Shown: positions 51,502 through 62,409, counted from the first letter of the stretch. The stretch is 64,000 nt of DNA from Promethearchaeota archaeon (GCA_019058365.1 JAHPZE010000008.1:1-64000), one strand, 5' to 3'. Numbers and translations: made by a program. Notes: generated by a model from the sequence alone, not told the origin.

Positions 51502-51546
51502 TTTATAATTTTTCATCTTTCATGAAAAATGAAGAACATTTATATA
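51502..51546. promoter_or_regulatory. Divergent promoter: two TATA-like boxes flanking a 22-bp palindrome
   Basis: TTTATAA 51502-51508, TTCATCTTTCATGAAAAATGAA 51512-51533, TTTATATA 51539-51546. Confidence 0.65.
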
Positions 51547-51572
51547 TGCAGATTTCATATTATTTTATTAGG

Positions 51573-51600
51573 TTTTTTATTATTCATGAAAAATAAAAAA
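51573..51600. promoter_or_regulatory. 28-bp palindrome with TTCATGAA core just before the ABC gene
   Basis: TTTTTTATTATTCATGAAAAATAAAAAA, one mismatched pair. Confidence 0.55.
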
Positions 51601-51609
51601 CTCTAAAAG

Positions 51610-52575
51610 TTGATAAATTTGAACGCAATCGAAGTAAAAAATCTAAAAAAATATTATAACAAGGGAAAAGTTAAAGCTGTTGATGGTGTTTCTTTTGAAG
51701 TTCCAGAAGGTTCTCGATTTGGTTTTCTTGGACCAAATGGGGCAGGGAAAACTACGACGATTCGATGCTTACTTGGATTTTTAAATGTTGATGCTGGTGA
51801 TATAACTATTCTTGGACAAAAAGTTAATCCCATAAAGGATGTAGAAATACGAAATCGAATTGGATATTTACCTGGGGAGCTTGGAATCTACAAGGAAATG
51901 AGTGCTACTCAATTAATTAGATATTTTGCGAAGCTTTACAAAATCGAAATTGATTGGAGATTTGTAGATGAGGTAGCTAACCGTCTTAAAATCGAAATGG
52001 AGCGAAAAATGGGCAACCTAAGCAAAGGCAATAAACAGAAAACAGGAGTCTTAGTAGCGTTAATGGGCAAGTTCGATTTATTAATCATGGATGAGCCAAC
52101 TTCAGGACTTGACCCATTAAATCAGAGTGAATTTTATCGAATCGTATCTGAACGCCAGAAAGAATCAAATTGTACTGTCTTTGTATGTTCTCATGTCCTT
52201 CCAGAAATAGAAAAATTCTGTGATAGCGTGGCAATTATTAAAAAAGGAAAAATTGTGGAGATTTCAGATGTTAGGGATCTTAAAGCAAAGAATTTAAAAA
52301 ATATTGAATTAATTTTTGAAACACCGAAAGGTTTAGAAGCATTTACGAACTTTTTAGCATCCGAGGTTCCAGAAGCTATTGTGAAACAATCCTACCACGT
52401 CGAGCTTCAATTTCTAGTCCCCCCAAAACAGACTCGAAAAGTTTTACATGAAATTAGTGAGAATGACTGGGATGGAGCCCCTATAAGAGATATATCAATT
52501 ACCCATTCTACTTTAGAGAATATTTTTATGCAATATTACAAAGATAGTACTACAGAAGGAGGTGAAGCTGCATGA
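51610..52575 (+). CDS. ABC-2 exporter ATP-binding subunit
   Basis: GPNGAGKTT, LSKGNKQK, LIMDEPTSGLDP, CSH. Confidence 0.93.
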   Translation: MINLNAIEVKNLKKYYNKGKVKAVDGVSFEVPEGSRFGFLGPNGAGKTTTIRCLLGFLNVDAGDITILGQKVNPIKDVEIRNRIGYLPGELGIYKEMSATQLIRYFAKLYKIEIDWRFVDEVANRLKIEMERKMGNLSKGNKQKTGVLVALMGKFDLLIMDEPTSGLDPLNQSEFYRIVSERQKESNCTVFVCSHVLPEIEKFCDSVAIIKKGKIVEISDVRDLKAKNLKNIELIFETPKGLEAFTNFLASEVPEAIVKQSYHVELQFLVPPKQTRKVLHEISENDWDGAPIRDISITHSTLENIFMQYYKDSTTEGGEAA

Positions 52576-53387
52576 ACACAATTAGAATTATGTTAAAGGA
52601 ACTTACGTCAAATAAAAAAGGCATTATCCTCTATACAGCATTACTGGGATTATTTTACATGTGGTTTGTTTCAATTTTTGATCCTATATTTTTTGCTGAC
52701 TTCGAAGATTTACTTGAATCTTATCCAGAAGCAATAAGGCAGATGATAGGTGAATTTTACTCACTTAGCACAATTGGAGGCTTAATGAATATATATCTTT
52801 TTTCAATGTCTTTGTTCTTTTTTGGAATTTATTTTGTACTAAAGGCTTCCCAAGACATTCCAAGAGAAATTGATAATAGAACAATCGATCTAATGCTGTC
52901 CAAACCTATTAAACGATGGGAATTTTCGCTAGGGAAATATTTATATCATATTATGGGAGCTATTATAATCCTGTTAGGTGTAATGTTGGCAGTAATTCTA
53001 GGTATTTTTATCATGCCAAATGTTGCTGCTAATGAAGTTCCATGGGCAGAATTTTTGACAGCTTTTCTTGTAATGATTTTATTAAATTTAGGCATTGTTA
53101 CTACTGGGTTTTTCTTCTCGACATTCATGGATACTAAGAAATCTCTTGTTTTAAGTTTTGGTACAATTATCTTTTTCTATGCAGTTGGTCAATTCTGGCA
53201 GAGTTTTGGCGAGAGTATGGAAGGCATTAAATATATTAGTATTTTCTACTACTCCGACATGTCAAATCTCCTTGTTAATAGTAATTGGGATGCAATACCT
53301 ATAAAAATCGTGTTTCTCTCAAGTTATACGATCATATTAGCCTTGATTTCATTACTAATCTTCAACAAACGGGATATCCCCGTCTAA
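52572..53387 (+). CDS. ABC-2 exporter permease
   Basis: 6 TM helices; EIDNRTIDLMLSKPIKR, FNKRDIP; ATGA overlap; GGAGGTGA upstream. Confidence 0.9.
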   Translation: MNTIRIMLKELTSNKKGIILYTALLGLFYMWFVSIFDPIFFADFEDLLESYPEAIRQMIGEFYSLSTIGGLMNIYLFSMSLFFFGIYFVLKASQDIPREIDNRTIDLMLSKPIKRWEFSLGKYLYHIMGAIIILLGVMLAVILGIFIMPNVAANEVPWAEFLTAFLVMILLNLGIVTTGFFFSTFMDTKKSLVLSFGTIIFFYAVGQFWQSFGESMEGIKYISIFYYSDMSNLLVNSNWDAIPIKIVFLSSYTIILALISLLIFNKRDIPV

Positions 53388-53567
53388 ATTTATATTTTTT
53401 CCTATTTTTTCAAAATTTTCCAACTCATACATAGTTTAGAACCTTTAATTAAATAGGCAATACCAAAAATTTATAAGTTTGTCATAATACGAATATCTTT
53501 AATATTATAATATATATTTTTACGTTATAATAAGAACATAGTAAAATATTCAACGAGGCTAACCAAA

Positions 53568-55037
53568 ATGTCGAATTATTATCGTGAAAAGATACATTCA
53601 AAGGATCTTATAGCTACATTTGATGATGTACTAATACTTCCAGGATTTACAAATTTTTCACCAAATGAGGTTGATATATCCTCAAACTTAGGAAAATATC
53701 ATCTCGAACTTCCAATATTATCATCGGCTATGGATACTGTCACTGAAGAGAGTATGGCAATAAGAATGGCTTTACAAGGTGGTCTTGGAGTTTTACATCG
53801 TAATTGTTCTTATGAAAGACAATTAGAAATGGTTAGAATTGTTAAGCGGGCTAGATCTTTTGTAATTGACGATGTAGCAACTATTAACCCTTATGCAAAA
53901 GTTGCTAAAGCAAAATTTATGATGGATAATTATAATATAAGCGGGATCGTAGTAGTTGATGAAGCTAAGAAAGTATGTGGTATTTTCACTAAGCGAGACA
54001 TTCCTTTCTTTGAAAAAGATATACATAATGGTGTAATTAAAGATTACATGACCAAAGAAGTAATTTCTATCAAACCTGGAGCTTCTAGGGAAGAAGCATT
54101 GAAAATTTTATACAAATCACGTAAAGAGAAATTACCCATTATAGATGAGCATGGTTTATTAAAAGGATTAATTACAAAGAAAGATTTAGCTCCTGAATTT
54201 CCATTTGCGTCGAAGGATGATGAAGGTCATTTATTATGTGCAATAGCATTGTCTCCTAAATTCCCAGAATCCTCTCAAGCTCAAGAATTATTGAAGGAAA
54301 TTGATAAATATGTAGATATTTTCTTTATTGACGTAGCTGATTTTTATAAAAGAGATGATATTAACGGTACAATGAAGTTAATGAGACTTTTGGAATCTGA
54401 TTTTGTTTTAGGGAATATTGGAACTTACCAAGCTGCTGAATATTTGATTTCAAAATGCGATTTTGTAGAAGAACGGTTTATAGGTTTAAAAGTGGGAATG
54501 GGTTCTGGGTCAATTTGTACAACTTCAATACAAACAGGTGTAGGTGCTCCAACATTATATGCTACTGCACAAGTAGCTGATGCTATACAAGATTATAATC
54601 AGGAACTATCTTTAATTGCAGATGGGGGTTTCACTAAACCAGGTGATTTACCAAAAGCATTTTCTGTTGGCGCAGATCTAATAATGTCAGGGCATTTTCT
54701 TGCTGGTACTGATGAATCTCCTGGTTTTATAGATACCATTTCTGGAAGAAAGGTAAAGGTTTATCGTGGAATGGGAAGTAAAGATGCGAGAGTGTCAGGA
54801 TATATCGCAGATCGTTATATAGAAAGCTCAAAAATGTTAACTGAAGGTGTTAGTGATTATGTGCCCTATGTGGGGGATGTAACTGGAGTTTTAGCAACTC
54901 TAAAAGAAGGTTTAACAAATGGAATGATTTATGCTGGCGCGGGATCTATTGAAGAGATGAAAAAAGCATCACTTGGAATTGTCTCAATTGTTGGTCAGCG
55001 TGAAACATCACCACACGATCTTATTGGAAAATTTTAA
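53568..55037 (+). CDS. guaB: IMP dehydrogenase with CBS pair
   Basis: TFDDVLILPG, SSAMDTVTE, GMGSGSICTT, IADGG, YRGMGS, EGVS. Confidence 0.93.
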   Translation: MSNYYREKIHSKDLIATFDDVLILPGFTNFSPNEVDISSNLGKYHLELPILSSAMDTVTEESMAIRMALQGGLGVLHRNCSYERQLEMVRIVKRARSFVIDDVATINPYAKVAKAKFMMDNYNISGIVVVDEAKKVCGIFTKRDIPFFEKDIHNGVIKDYMTKEVISIKPGASREEALKILYKSRKEKLPIIDEHGLLKGLITKKDLAPEFPFASKDDEGHLLCAIALSPKFPESSQAQELLKEIDKYVDIFFIDVADFYKRDDINGTMKLMRLLESDFVLGNIGTYQAAEYLISKCDFVEERFIGLKVGMGSGSICTTSIQTGVGAPTLYATAQVADAIQDYNQELSLIADGGFTKPGDLPKAFSVGADLIMSGHFLAGTDESPGFIDTISGRKVKVYRGMGSKDARVSGYIADRYIESSKMLTEGVSDYVPYVGDVTGVLATLKEGLTNGMIYAGAGSIEEMKKASLGIVSIVGQRETSPHDLIGKF

Positions 55038-55211
55038 ATTGTTGTTCTACATTTGTGTCGATATTTAAAAATAGTAGATCTTTTTAAATTCTACAATCTT
55101 AACCCTAATTTCACTTATTAAAGCTCTATTAATTAAGTATTAACCACAAAAAACTTTTCTTTGTAACAATTATTTTTATTATTTAAGTAAATTAATTCAA
55201 ACTAGATTTTT

Positions 55212-56816
55212 ATGAAAGCTATAAAAAGAGTTCTTATTAGTGTTTTTGATAAAAGTGGGATTATTGAGTTAGCTAAGATATTAAAAAGTGAATTCAAAGT
55301 TGAAATTCTCTCTACAGAAACAACTGGAGCCCTCTTAGAGAAAAATGGTATTAAATATACAAAAATTTCTGAGTTTACTGATTCACCAGAAATGTTTGAT
55401 GGCAGAATTAAAACTTTACATCCAAAAATCGAAGGTGGTATTTTATATCGTAGAGGTTTGCAGAAAGATATTGATGACGCTAATAAATATGATATTAAAC
55501 CAATTGATATGGTTGTGTGTAATTTATATCAATTCAAAGAAGCAATTGAAAAACCAGGCATAGCTCTTGATGATGCATTGGAGATGATTGATATCGGAGG
55601 ACCAACCATGATTCGTGCTGCAGCAAAAAATTTTCCAGATGTTATCGTGGTTCCAAGCCCTGATTATTATGGAGAAATTATTGATGAGCTTAGGAAAAAT
55701 AAAGGAGCTATCACTGAAAAAACTCGGATTCTCCTCGCTCAAGAGGTTTTTTCAATTATGGCAGATTATAATGCTGCGATTGCAAATTATCTCCAAAAAT
55801 ATTACAATCCAGAAGCTTTGTTACCCAAAACAATTATAAAAGTATATGAAAAGGTACAAGATTGTAGATATGGAGAAAATTGGGATCAAACAGCAGCATA
55901 TTATAAAGATTCTTTTGCAAAACATGGTCTTCATAACTTAAGACAAATTAGTGGAAAAGAAATCTCTTTTAATAATTATCTAGATATCGATTCCTGTATG
56001 CAAATTCTTCTGGATTTTGGTACGGAACATTACACAACGGCAATTTTAAAACATACAAGTCCTAATGGTGTAGCAATTGATAAAAAGGATCAATTATCAT
56101 CGGTAAAAAAAGCATTCAGTACAGATCCATTGTCAGCATTTGGAGGAATTTGGGGAATTAATAAAGAATTGACAAAAGATATAGCTGATTTTATTGTAAA
56201 TAAAGAAAAAATATTTGTAGAAGTATTAATGGCACCTTCATATGAAGATGATGCTCTGCAGATATTAAAACAAAAAAAAAATATGATAATAATTGAATAT
56301 CAAGATTTCCTTGATAAAAGAAATGATATCTATAAAAGTCTTGAAATTAGAAGTGTTCTAGGTGGAGTCCTTATTCAACAATATGATAGTAAATCTGTTA
56401 TTAAAGAATGGAATGTTGTAAGTAAGAAAAAGGTGAATAATATTGAAAAGGAGGCTTTAATCTTTGCATATAAAGTTTCTAAATGGGCCAAATCGAATTC
56501 GGCATGCTTTGCTCAAATCTATGATAATGGAATTTATTCCATAGGAATTGGAGCTGGACAACAAAGTAGAGTTCATGTAGTTAAATTAGCTATTCAAAAA
56601 GCGATAGAATTTGGCCATAAAGATGAATTAAAAGATTCTTTTATGGGAACAGATTCCTTTTTTCCATTCCCTGATGGTTTAGAGGTTACAGTCGAAGCTG
56701 GGGCAAAAGCTATTATTAATCCTGGTGGATCCATTAGAGATGATGCTGTAATTAAACGTGCAAATGAATTAGGCTGTGCTTTAGTATTTTGTGGCAAAAG
56801 AGTATTCCGCCATTAA
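55212..56816 (+). CDS. purH: Bifunctional AICAR transformylase/IMP cyclohydrolase
   Basis: LISVFDK, GRIKTLHPKI, IDIGGPTMIRAAAKN, RYGEN, SFNNYLD, KHTSP, FFPFPDG, PGGSIRD, RVFRH. Confidence 0.95.
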   Translation: MKAIKRVLISVFDKSGIIELAKILKSEFKVEILSTETTGALLEKNGIKYTKISEFTDSPEMFDGRIKTLHPKIEGGILYRRGLQKDIDDANKYDIKPIDMVVCNLYQFKEAIEKPGIALDDALEMIDIGGPTMIRAAAKNFPDVIVVPSPDYYGEIIDELRKNKGAITEKTRILLAQEVFSIMADYNAAIANYLQKYYNPEALLPKTIIKVYEKVQDCRYGENWDQTAAYYKDSFAKHGLHNLRQISGKEISFNNYLDIDSCMQILLDFGTEHYTTAILKHTSPNGVAIDKKDQLSSVKKAFSTDPLSAFGGIWGINKELTKDIADFIVNKEKIFVEVLMAPSYEDDALQILKQKKNMIIIEYQDFLDKRNDIYKSLEIRSVLGGVLIQQYDSKSVIKEWNVVSKKKVNNIEKEALIFAYKVSKWAKSNSACFAQIYDNGIYSIGIGAGQQSRVHVVKLAIQKAIEFGHKDELKDSFMGTDSFFPFPDGLEVTVEAGAKAIINPGGSIRDDAVIKRANELGCALVFCGKRVFRH

Positions 56817-57020
56817 AAAGCTTTAAACTTAATATTAATTTGGTTTTATATCTTTAAGAATTAATCTTTTTGAAAAAAAGTATTTGTAGTAAGAAAGGTT
56901 TATAAATTTCAAAAGATAATTTTATAATACTCAATATTTTGAATTTGACATTTTAAATTAATATTTTAAATGAGGAGACTTAATCTAATCATATCTTACT
57001 AAGATGGAGCTCTTTTAGAA

Positions 57021-57314
57021 ATGGATTTTTTTCTTGATAACTTGAAAGATACACTTGAAGCGATAAATAAATTAATAGAAAATAATGTAACTCTCGTAAA
57101 TACTAAGAGAATTAGAAGGTGTTATAATGTTAAATCCTCAAATCGCTCTAAGATAAATTTCATTTGGAGAGCTTTAAAATACCTTGAAGAAGAAGGAATT
57201 TTAACATTAAATGGAATAACCAATCCTAAAACCTATAAGATTATATCAAATGATAAAATAGACGTTGACAAGATACTCTCTCAAATTTGGAAAAATAAAA
57301 AAGCTGAATTTTAG
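57021..57314 (+). CDS. Small basic hypothetical protein, probable wHTH
   Basis: FIWRALKYLEEEGIL...KTYKI; 4-bp convergent overlap with the next gene. Confidence 0.6.
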   Translation: MDFFLDNLKDTLEAINKLIENNVTLVNTKRIRRCYNVKSSNRSKINFIWRALKYLEEEGILTLNGITNPKTYKIISNDKIDVDKILSQIWKNKKAEF

Positions 57315-60037
57315 ATTAAGTCTAAATCTATTAATAAATCGTTTAATTTATTTTTAGATTCTTCATCATTTGGATTATTAATTAACCGTTTTTGGTAAAA
57401 TATTATATTTGGATATTTTAATTCTAATTTATTAATTCTTTTTATCCAACTATTAAAGTTATTTAAAAGTTCATTAACTTCAGGGTCGTCTTCTAAAGCT
57501 TTTACTTCTTCTTTATTTTCTCCTGAAAAAAGATTTTTATATTGCTTTACACTTACACCTTGATCTCTTAATAATTTCTTGTTAGTCTTACGAATGAATG
57601 TTTCCAAACTGCTTCTCCAACTGACGTATTTTTCATTAATCTTATCAATTATATTTTGAATAACCCTTATCTCCTGTGGATAAATAGTCTCTTCCTTCTT
57701 TGTTAGGATCTTCCTAACTTTTTGAAATTCAATTTCAAACTTCTTAATATAATTATTGACCATTTTTTCAAATTCAAATAAAACTGTATTATAATCTTTA
57801 GCAAACAATACTTCATTACTTGAAAAGCTTAGAGTCTCTTCATCAAAAACACCTGTTAGCTTTCTTGTCTTAACTAAACTATCAAAAATATCTCTTATCA
57901 AGTTAATCTCTGATTCATTTAAGTCTTTACCATAAAATAAATCATGAAAAGAAAAAAGAAAACTATTTTCTAATAACAGATTAGTAATCCCACGTTCAGT
58001 ATAAAAAATAACTTCTCCGTCATTATCATAAAAAATCCCTTTTATTTTTCCATCAGCTAATAAATTATTAATAAGATCTTCTATTAAAGTTGACGTAATA
58101 TCATATGTTCCTAAAGAAATATAATCATCATGTTTTGCTTTATCAATTAACATATATCTTATGTCATTTTTAGCGTCTTCTATTTTTTGCAAATTAAATA
58201 TTAATAAATCAGCTTTTTTAAAGTAGGAAATGCCCAAATCATCAATAAATTTTAAAAATATGTTAACTTCCATTCCAGTTTTTTCAAGGTATTCATCTAT
58301 TTTTATTTGATCTTTTTGTTTTATCTCTTCCGCAATTAATTGTAGGTTTTCATCTATTTTAGATAAAATATGATTTCTATCAATATCTAACTCGTCAGAG
58401 ATCTTTTCAATTTGCTGTAATTTCTTATTTTCATCAGAAATTATACTAATTTCTTTGATCTTGTCTTTTAGGAATTTTGAATAGTAGAAAATGTTTTTTT
58501 TTTTATTCCAAATTCCACTTCGATAATCTACAAATTGTTCAAAAACATCTAACAGTAAAAGTTCTCCTATATTTAATTTATCTGAAATTTTAGATATGTC
58601 AAAATAACCTACAATTCTAGAATTTTGAACTTCAATGGTAATTTTTTGTTTACCCAGATTAGTCAACCACTGTGTACCTTTATGAAATTTTGAAAGATAT
58701 TCTCTAGGGATATTTTTAACTAATTTTATAAAATCTTCTTCTAATAATGTCTCACGGTATGATTTTAGTTCTATTATACTGTTTTTTGCTGCTTCAGAAT
58801 TAATCTTGTCTTGAATATTTTTTAATGAGAAATAAATTTCTTGGTCTTTACTCTTTAAAAATTTTTGATTAGTAGAATTTGAAATATCTGTAGTAATTTT
58901 ATCAATAAAATTTTGTGGGAGGAATTTAAACCTTCTTATATTTATAGAAGCATTAATATGTAAATCCTCTAAAAATTTTGATTTTATGTATGCATAAGGA
59001 TAAAAAAAGCCTATATTCGAATAGTAACCATCAATGAGCTTTAGAGAAATTAATGTTTTTATAAAGATTTTTAATTCTGACTTGTTATCTATAATTTGAT
59101 AAAATGTTCTGTAAAGGGTTTCATCAGATATTTTCAATTCTTCCGCGAAAAATCTTTTTAGTTTAACTTTTTCTAATTCATAGACATAAATTATATTATC
59201 CTTGGTTTTTACATAGAAATAGATCTTTTTGTCCTTTTGTTTTGATTTGGCAAAAATTTTTAAATATTCTTTTAATGATACCCCCATATTCTTACTTAAT
59301 GCCGTAAAATTGTGTTTTTTCATTAAAAAATGCCTATCCAATGATCTTATAATCTTTTTAGCATCTTGATACTCCATTTCGTGTGCATCTTGCATTGGGA
59401 AAAATTTATTCAATAGCGCTACTAATTTATTATAAATTTTAGATTTTCTATTATCATCAAATGAGATAATTAAAGATTTTGAGATAATTCTTAAATTATA
59501 TAATTGATCAAATTCCAAATCCTCACAGTAATCAAGAAAATTTAATAAAGAAATAATATTAACATCCTTTTTTTCTATCTTAAGACTTTCAAGTAAAAAA
59601 TCTATGCTAAACATTACCAAATTTGGATTTTTCTTAAATAACTCCATTAAAAAATAATGAACATTATCACGTACATCCTCACATTGATCTGTTAGAAGTT
59701 CGATAATTATAGAAAAATATTCTTTAATTAAAACCGGTTTAGCAATCAGAGAAAATCCTATAATTATTAATGAGTTTACTCTTAATTTTATATTCTCAGA
59801 GTGAAGAAAAACCTTGATTTTCTGTAATAATCCTTCACTAATGAGATCTATACGATTTTCTGCCAAAATACTTAAAATATATGTAATTTTTACAGCATAT
59901 TCTTGTTGATCCAATAGATTTTGAAATTCTTCTATTAATTTTTTGACTTTATCAGTTTTTTTTTTTTTAAAATATCTGTTAAGTTGATCAACTTTTTCAA
60001 GAATTAAGCTGTCTTCAAAATCTTCAAGATTAAACAT
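57311..60037 (-). CDS. HEAT-repeat + tandem winged-helix + coiled-coil protein (UFL1/PCI-like)
   Basis: HEAT-like LLTDQCEDVRDNV; repeated WH units (LLADGKIKGIF, LVKTRKLTGVFD, LISLKLIDGYY). Confidence 0.6.
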   Translation of the reverse strand: MFNLEDFEDSLILEKVDQLNRYFKKKKTDKVKKLIEEFQNLLDQQEYAVKITYILSILAENRIDLISEGLLQKIKVFLHSENIKLRVNSLIIIGFSLIAKPVLIKEYFSIIIELLTDQCEDVRDNVHYFLMELFKKNPNLVMFSIDFLLESLKIEKKDVNIISLLNFLDYCEDLEFDQLYNLRIISKSLIISFDDNRKSKIYNKLVALLNKFFPMQDAHEMEYQDAKKIIRSLDRHFLMKKHNFTALSKNMGVSLKEYLKIFAKSKQKDKKIYFYVKTKDNIIYVYELEKVKLKRFFAEELKISDETLYRTFYQIIDNKSELKIFIKTLISLKLIDGYYSNIGFFYPYAYIKSKFLEDLHINASINIRRFKFLPQNFIDKITTDISNSTNQKFLKSKDQEIYFSLKNIQDKINSEAAKNSIIELKSYRETLLEEDFIKLVKNIPREYLSKFHKGTQWLTNLGKQKITIEVQNSRIVGYFDISKISDKLNIGELLLLDVFEQFVDYRSGIWNKKKNIFYYSKFLKDKIKEISIISDENKKLQQIEKISDELDIDRNHILSKIDENLQLIAEEIKQKDQIKIDEYLEKTGMEVNIFLKFIDDLGISYFKKADLLIFNLQKIEDAKNDIRYMLIDKAKHDDYISLGTYDITSTLIEDLINNLLADGKIKGIFYDNDGEVIFYTERGITNLLLENSFLFSFHDLFYGKDLNESEINLIRDIFDSLVKTRKLTGVFDEETLSFSSNEVLFAKDYNTVLFEFEKMVNNYIKKFEIEFQKVRKILTKKEETIYPQEIRVIQNIIDKINEKYVSWRSSLETFIRKTNKKLLRDQGVSVKQYKNLFSGENKEEVKALEDDPEVNELLNNFNSWIKRINKLELKYPNIIFYQKRLINNPNDEESKNKLNDLLIDLDLI

Positions 60038-60056
60038 ACTTAATTAAATTAAGTGT

Positions 60057-60782
60057 TTAGTCCAATAAGAATTTTTTGAATTGTTCAATTTCTATAATAT
60101 TCTTAATATCTTGGAGTAAAAACGTTGGATTAGATTGTTCTAAACCTCTTCTTGTACCATGCCCAGAAAGCAAAGCAATACTATTAATTTCTGCATTCTT
60201 AGCACATTCAATATCTGCGGGAAGATCACCGATATAATATACATTATCTCTATTTATTGAGTAATTAAAGCTTTTCTTAATTTTCATTAATGCAGTGATA
60301 ATTGGATATGGATTAGGTTTTCTAAAAGGAGTATCATCGCGAGAGATAAAGACAGAAAAAAACCTGTCTAGATTTAGTTTATTCCTAAAATAAATTAATC
60401 TCTTTTTACTTGTATTTGAAACGATTCCTAATAAAATACCCCTCTTTTTAAGGTGTGTTAAAATCGACTCTAGATTTGGTTTTAAGATTTCATATTTTTC
60501 ATATTTTGGATACATATGCCTAAATTTAATAAAGAATATGTTTCTTCTCCAGATACTGGGAATAAAAGGTTTATATACTTTATTTATCCTTTTAAAAGCT
60601 ACTAATTTATTTTTTGAGTCTGACTCTTCAAAAAGTCTCGCAAAATCAATAAGCCTCACTCCTTCTGTATTTCTCCATTTAAAAAATGTATCTCTTAAAT
60701 AGATTAATGCTGTATATTCAAGTGCCTTCTGAGTAATAATAACTCCATCAAAATCAAATAAAAATATTGGTGGGTGAGACAT
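60057..60782 (-). CDS. HAD-superfamily hydrolase
   Basis: FDFDGVI, GIVSN, KPNP, YIGD..ADI..AKNA. Confidence 0.9.
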   Translation of the reverse strand: MSHPPIFLFDFDGVIITQKALEYTALIYLRDTFFKWRNTEGVRLIDFARLFEESDSKNKLVAFKRINKVYKPFIPSIWRRNIFFIKFRHMYPKYEKYEILKPNLESILTHLKKRGILLGIVSNTSKKRLIYFRNKLNLDRFFSVFISRDDTPFRKPNPYPIITALMKIKKSFNYSINRDNVYYIGDLPADIECAKNAEINSIALLSGHGTRRGLEQSNPTFLLQDIKNIIEIEQFKKFLLD

Positions 60783-60885
60783 AGGTGTGTTTAAAAAAGC
60801 TATTTAAAACTTAAATTTATCCATATTTATTTTAGTATTGAAATAATAAAATATTAAAAAAAAAGTAGTGTAACTTCTTATAATT

Positions 60886-61548
60886 CTATTGGTCTATTTC
60901 ATCTGGTTCAACCGAAACGTGAGAAAGCAACCAATCAAGTTGTTTTTCTTTTTTATTGACATTCAGTACAGTAGGGAGGATCATAACTTCATCGGCTTGT
61001 CCAGGCATAATAGTAAATTTTCCAGCTCTTAACATGAAGAACTCAAAGACATCAGGAATTTCTTTTTTGAAACGTAAGCTTTTCACTGGAAATCGTTCGG
61101 CTGAGCTGAAAATACCCGTTTTATGATAAATTTCATTCATTTCAATTTTATAGTATTCGAATCTCGTACTAATAACAATTATCCCGAGGATGAAAGCTAA
61201 AATTAAAGTCATCACCATATAGAACTCCCATGGCAGACCTAAATTGATTTCTATACTCGTAATCTGGAATGTGACATTCGGTAGAACTAAGAAAACAAGA
61301 ATTAAGAGGACAATAACAATAGCTAATACTAGCACAAAAAATTTAGTGGATGAGAAATCAAATGCAGTTACAAATATATTTACAAAGAACACTATAAACC
61401 AGATATATCCTAGAACGTCATTAGGGGTTTTAATTACTGCTTGGATAAACATTAAAATGAAGCTTGTGACGAGTAAAGGCCAAAAAAAGATAACTTTGGG
61501 GTAGGTCCTTAAATATATTTCATTTGGCTGTTTTTTTTGTTTAGACAT
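60886..61548 (-). CDS. 4-TM membrane protein with soluble C-terminal (PH-like) domain
   Basis: Four hydrophobic helices, then YYKIEMNEIYHKTGIFS beta-rich region. Confidence 0.6.
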   Translation of the reverse strand: MSKQKKQPNEIYLRTYPKVIFFWPLLVTSFILMFIQAVIKTPNDVLGYIWFIVFFVNIFVTAFDFSSTKFFVLVLAIVIVLLILVFLVLPNVTFQITSIEINLGLPWEFYMVMTLILAFILGIIVISTRFEYYKIEMNEIYHKTGIFSSAERFPVKSLRFKKEIPDVFEFFMLRAGKFTIMPGQADEVMILPTVLNVNKKEKQLDWLLSHVSVEPDEIDQ

Positions 61549-61662
61549 AATAAATTTTCACTAATTATGTATTTTAATTTAAAGAAGATTATAAAAATAA
61601 TAGATAGATGTGTTATTTAAATATTAGTATCTTTTCAATATGCCTTAAATAGAGTCTTTTTA

Positions 61663-62409
61663 CTAAAAGAAACTAATAGATTGTATCATTTTATAGGAAA
61701 ACGCAATTTGTTGGTTACCTTTATCACTAATCCCCATATGACCAGGAAGTAAATATTCTACATCCAAATTATTTACATATTTAATTGAATTAATTAATGT
61801 ATTTAAAGACCCTCCTGGAAAATCATATCTTCCAAAACTACCTCCCGTAAAAACTAAATCTCCGGGGATTAAAATCTTTTTGTCAGAATCATAATAAGAA
61901 ATTGATCCTAAGGAATGACCGGGCGTATAATAGATTTGGAACTTGTATTCAGAAGAAATTTTAATCTCCTTTATATTAATTAAATCAGTAACTTCTAATG
62001 GAATAATTTCGACTCCAAACATTTTAGGATTCATTCCAAAATTTCCGGGAAATATTCGAGATTCATCTCCTCCTGTCAAGATTTCCGCCGTTTCACCATA
62101 AGCAAAAATTTCAATGGGATTGCTCTTACTTAATTTCATTAAGGGATAGAGGCCTAAAACATGATCTACATGTTCATGAGTTAAAAAGACTTTAGTTATA
62201 TTAGATGGATTAAGATTAAATTTTTCCATTCCTTTGAATAATCCTTTAAGAGATATACCATTCCCTGCATCAAATAAAGCTAAATCACCCGTATTTGGAT
62301 CTTTGATAATGTATTGATTGCAATCCAGCATCTGATTTTCAGCAAAATAGTATAGATTTGATTTTACTTCTTTTCCCTTTTTTTCAGAGTCAGTACTAGA
62401 AAAAAACAT
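61663..62409 (-). CDS. Metallo-beta-lactamase-fold hydrolase
   Basis: THEHVDH, TPGHSLGS, GDLVF, GRYDFPGG, PGH. Confidence 0.92.
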   Translation of the reverse strand: MFFSSTDSEKKGKEVKSNLYYFAENQMLDCNQYIIKDPNTGDLALFDAGNGISLKGLFKGMEKFNLNPSNITKVFLTHEHVDHVLGLYPLMKLSKSNPIEIFAYGETAEILTGGDESRIFPGNFGMNPKMFGVEIIPLEVTDLINIKEIKISSEYKFQIYYTPGHSLGSISYYDSDKKILIPGDLVFTGGSFGRYDFPGGSLNTLINSIKYVNNLDVEYLLPGHMGISDKGNQQIAFSYKMIQSISFF

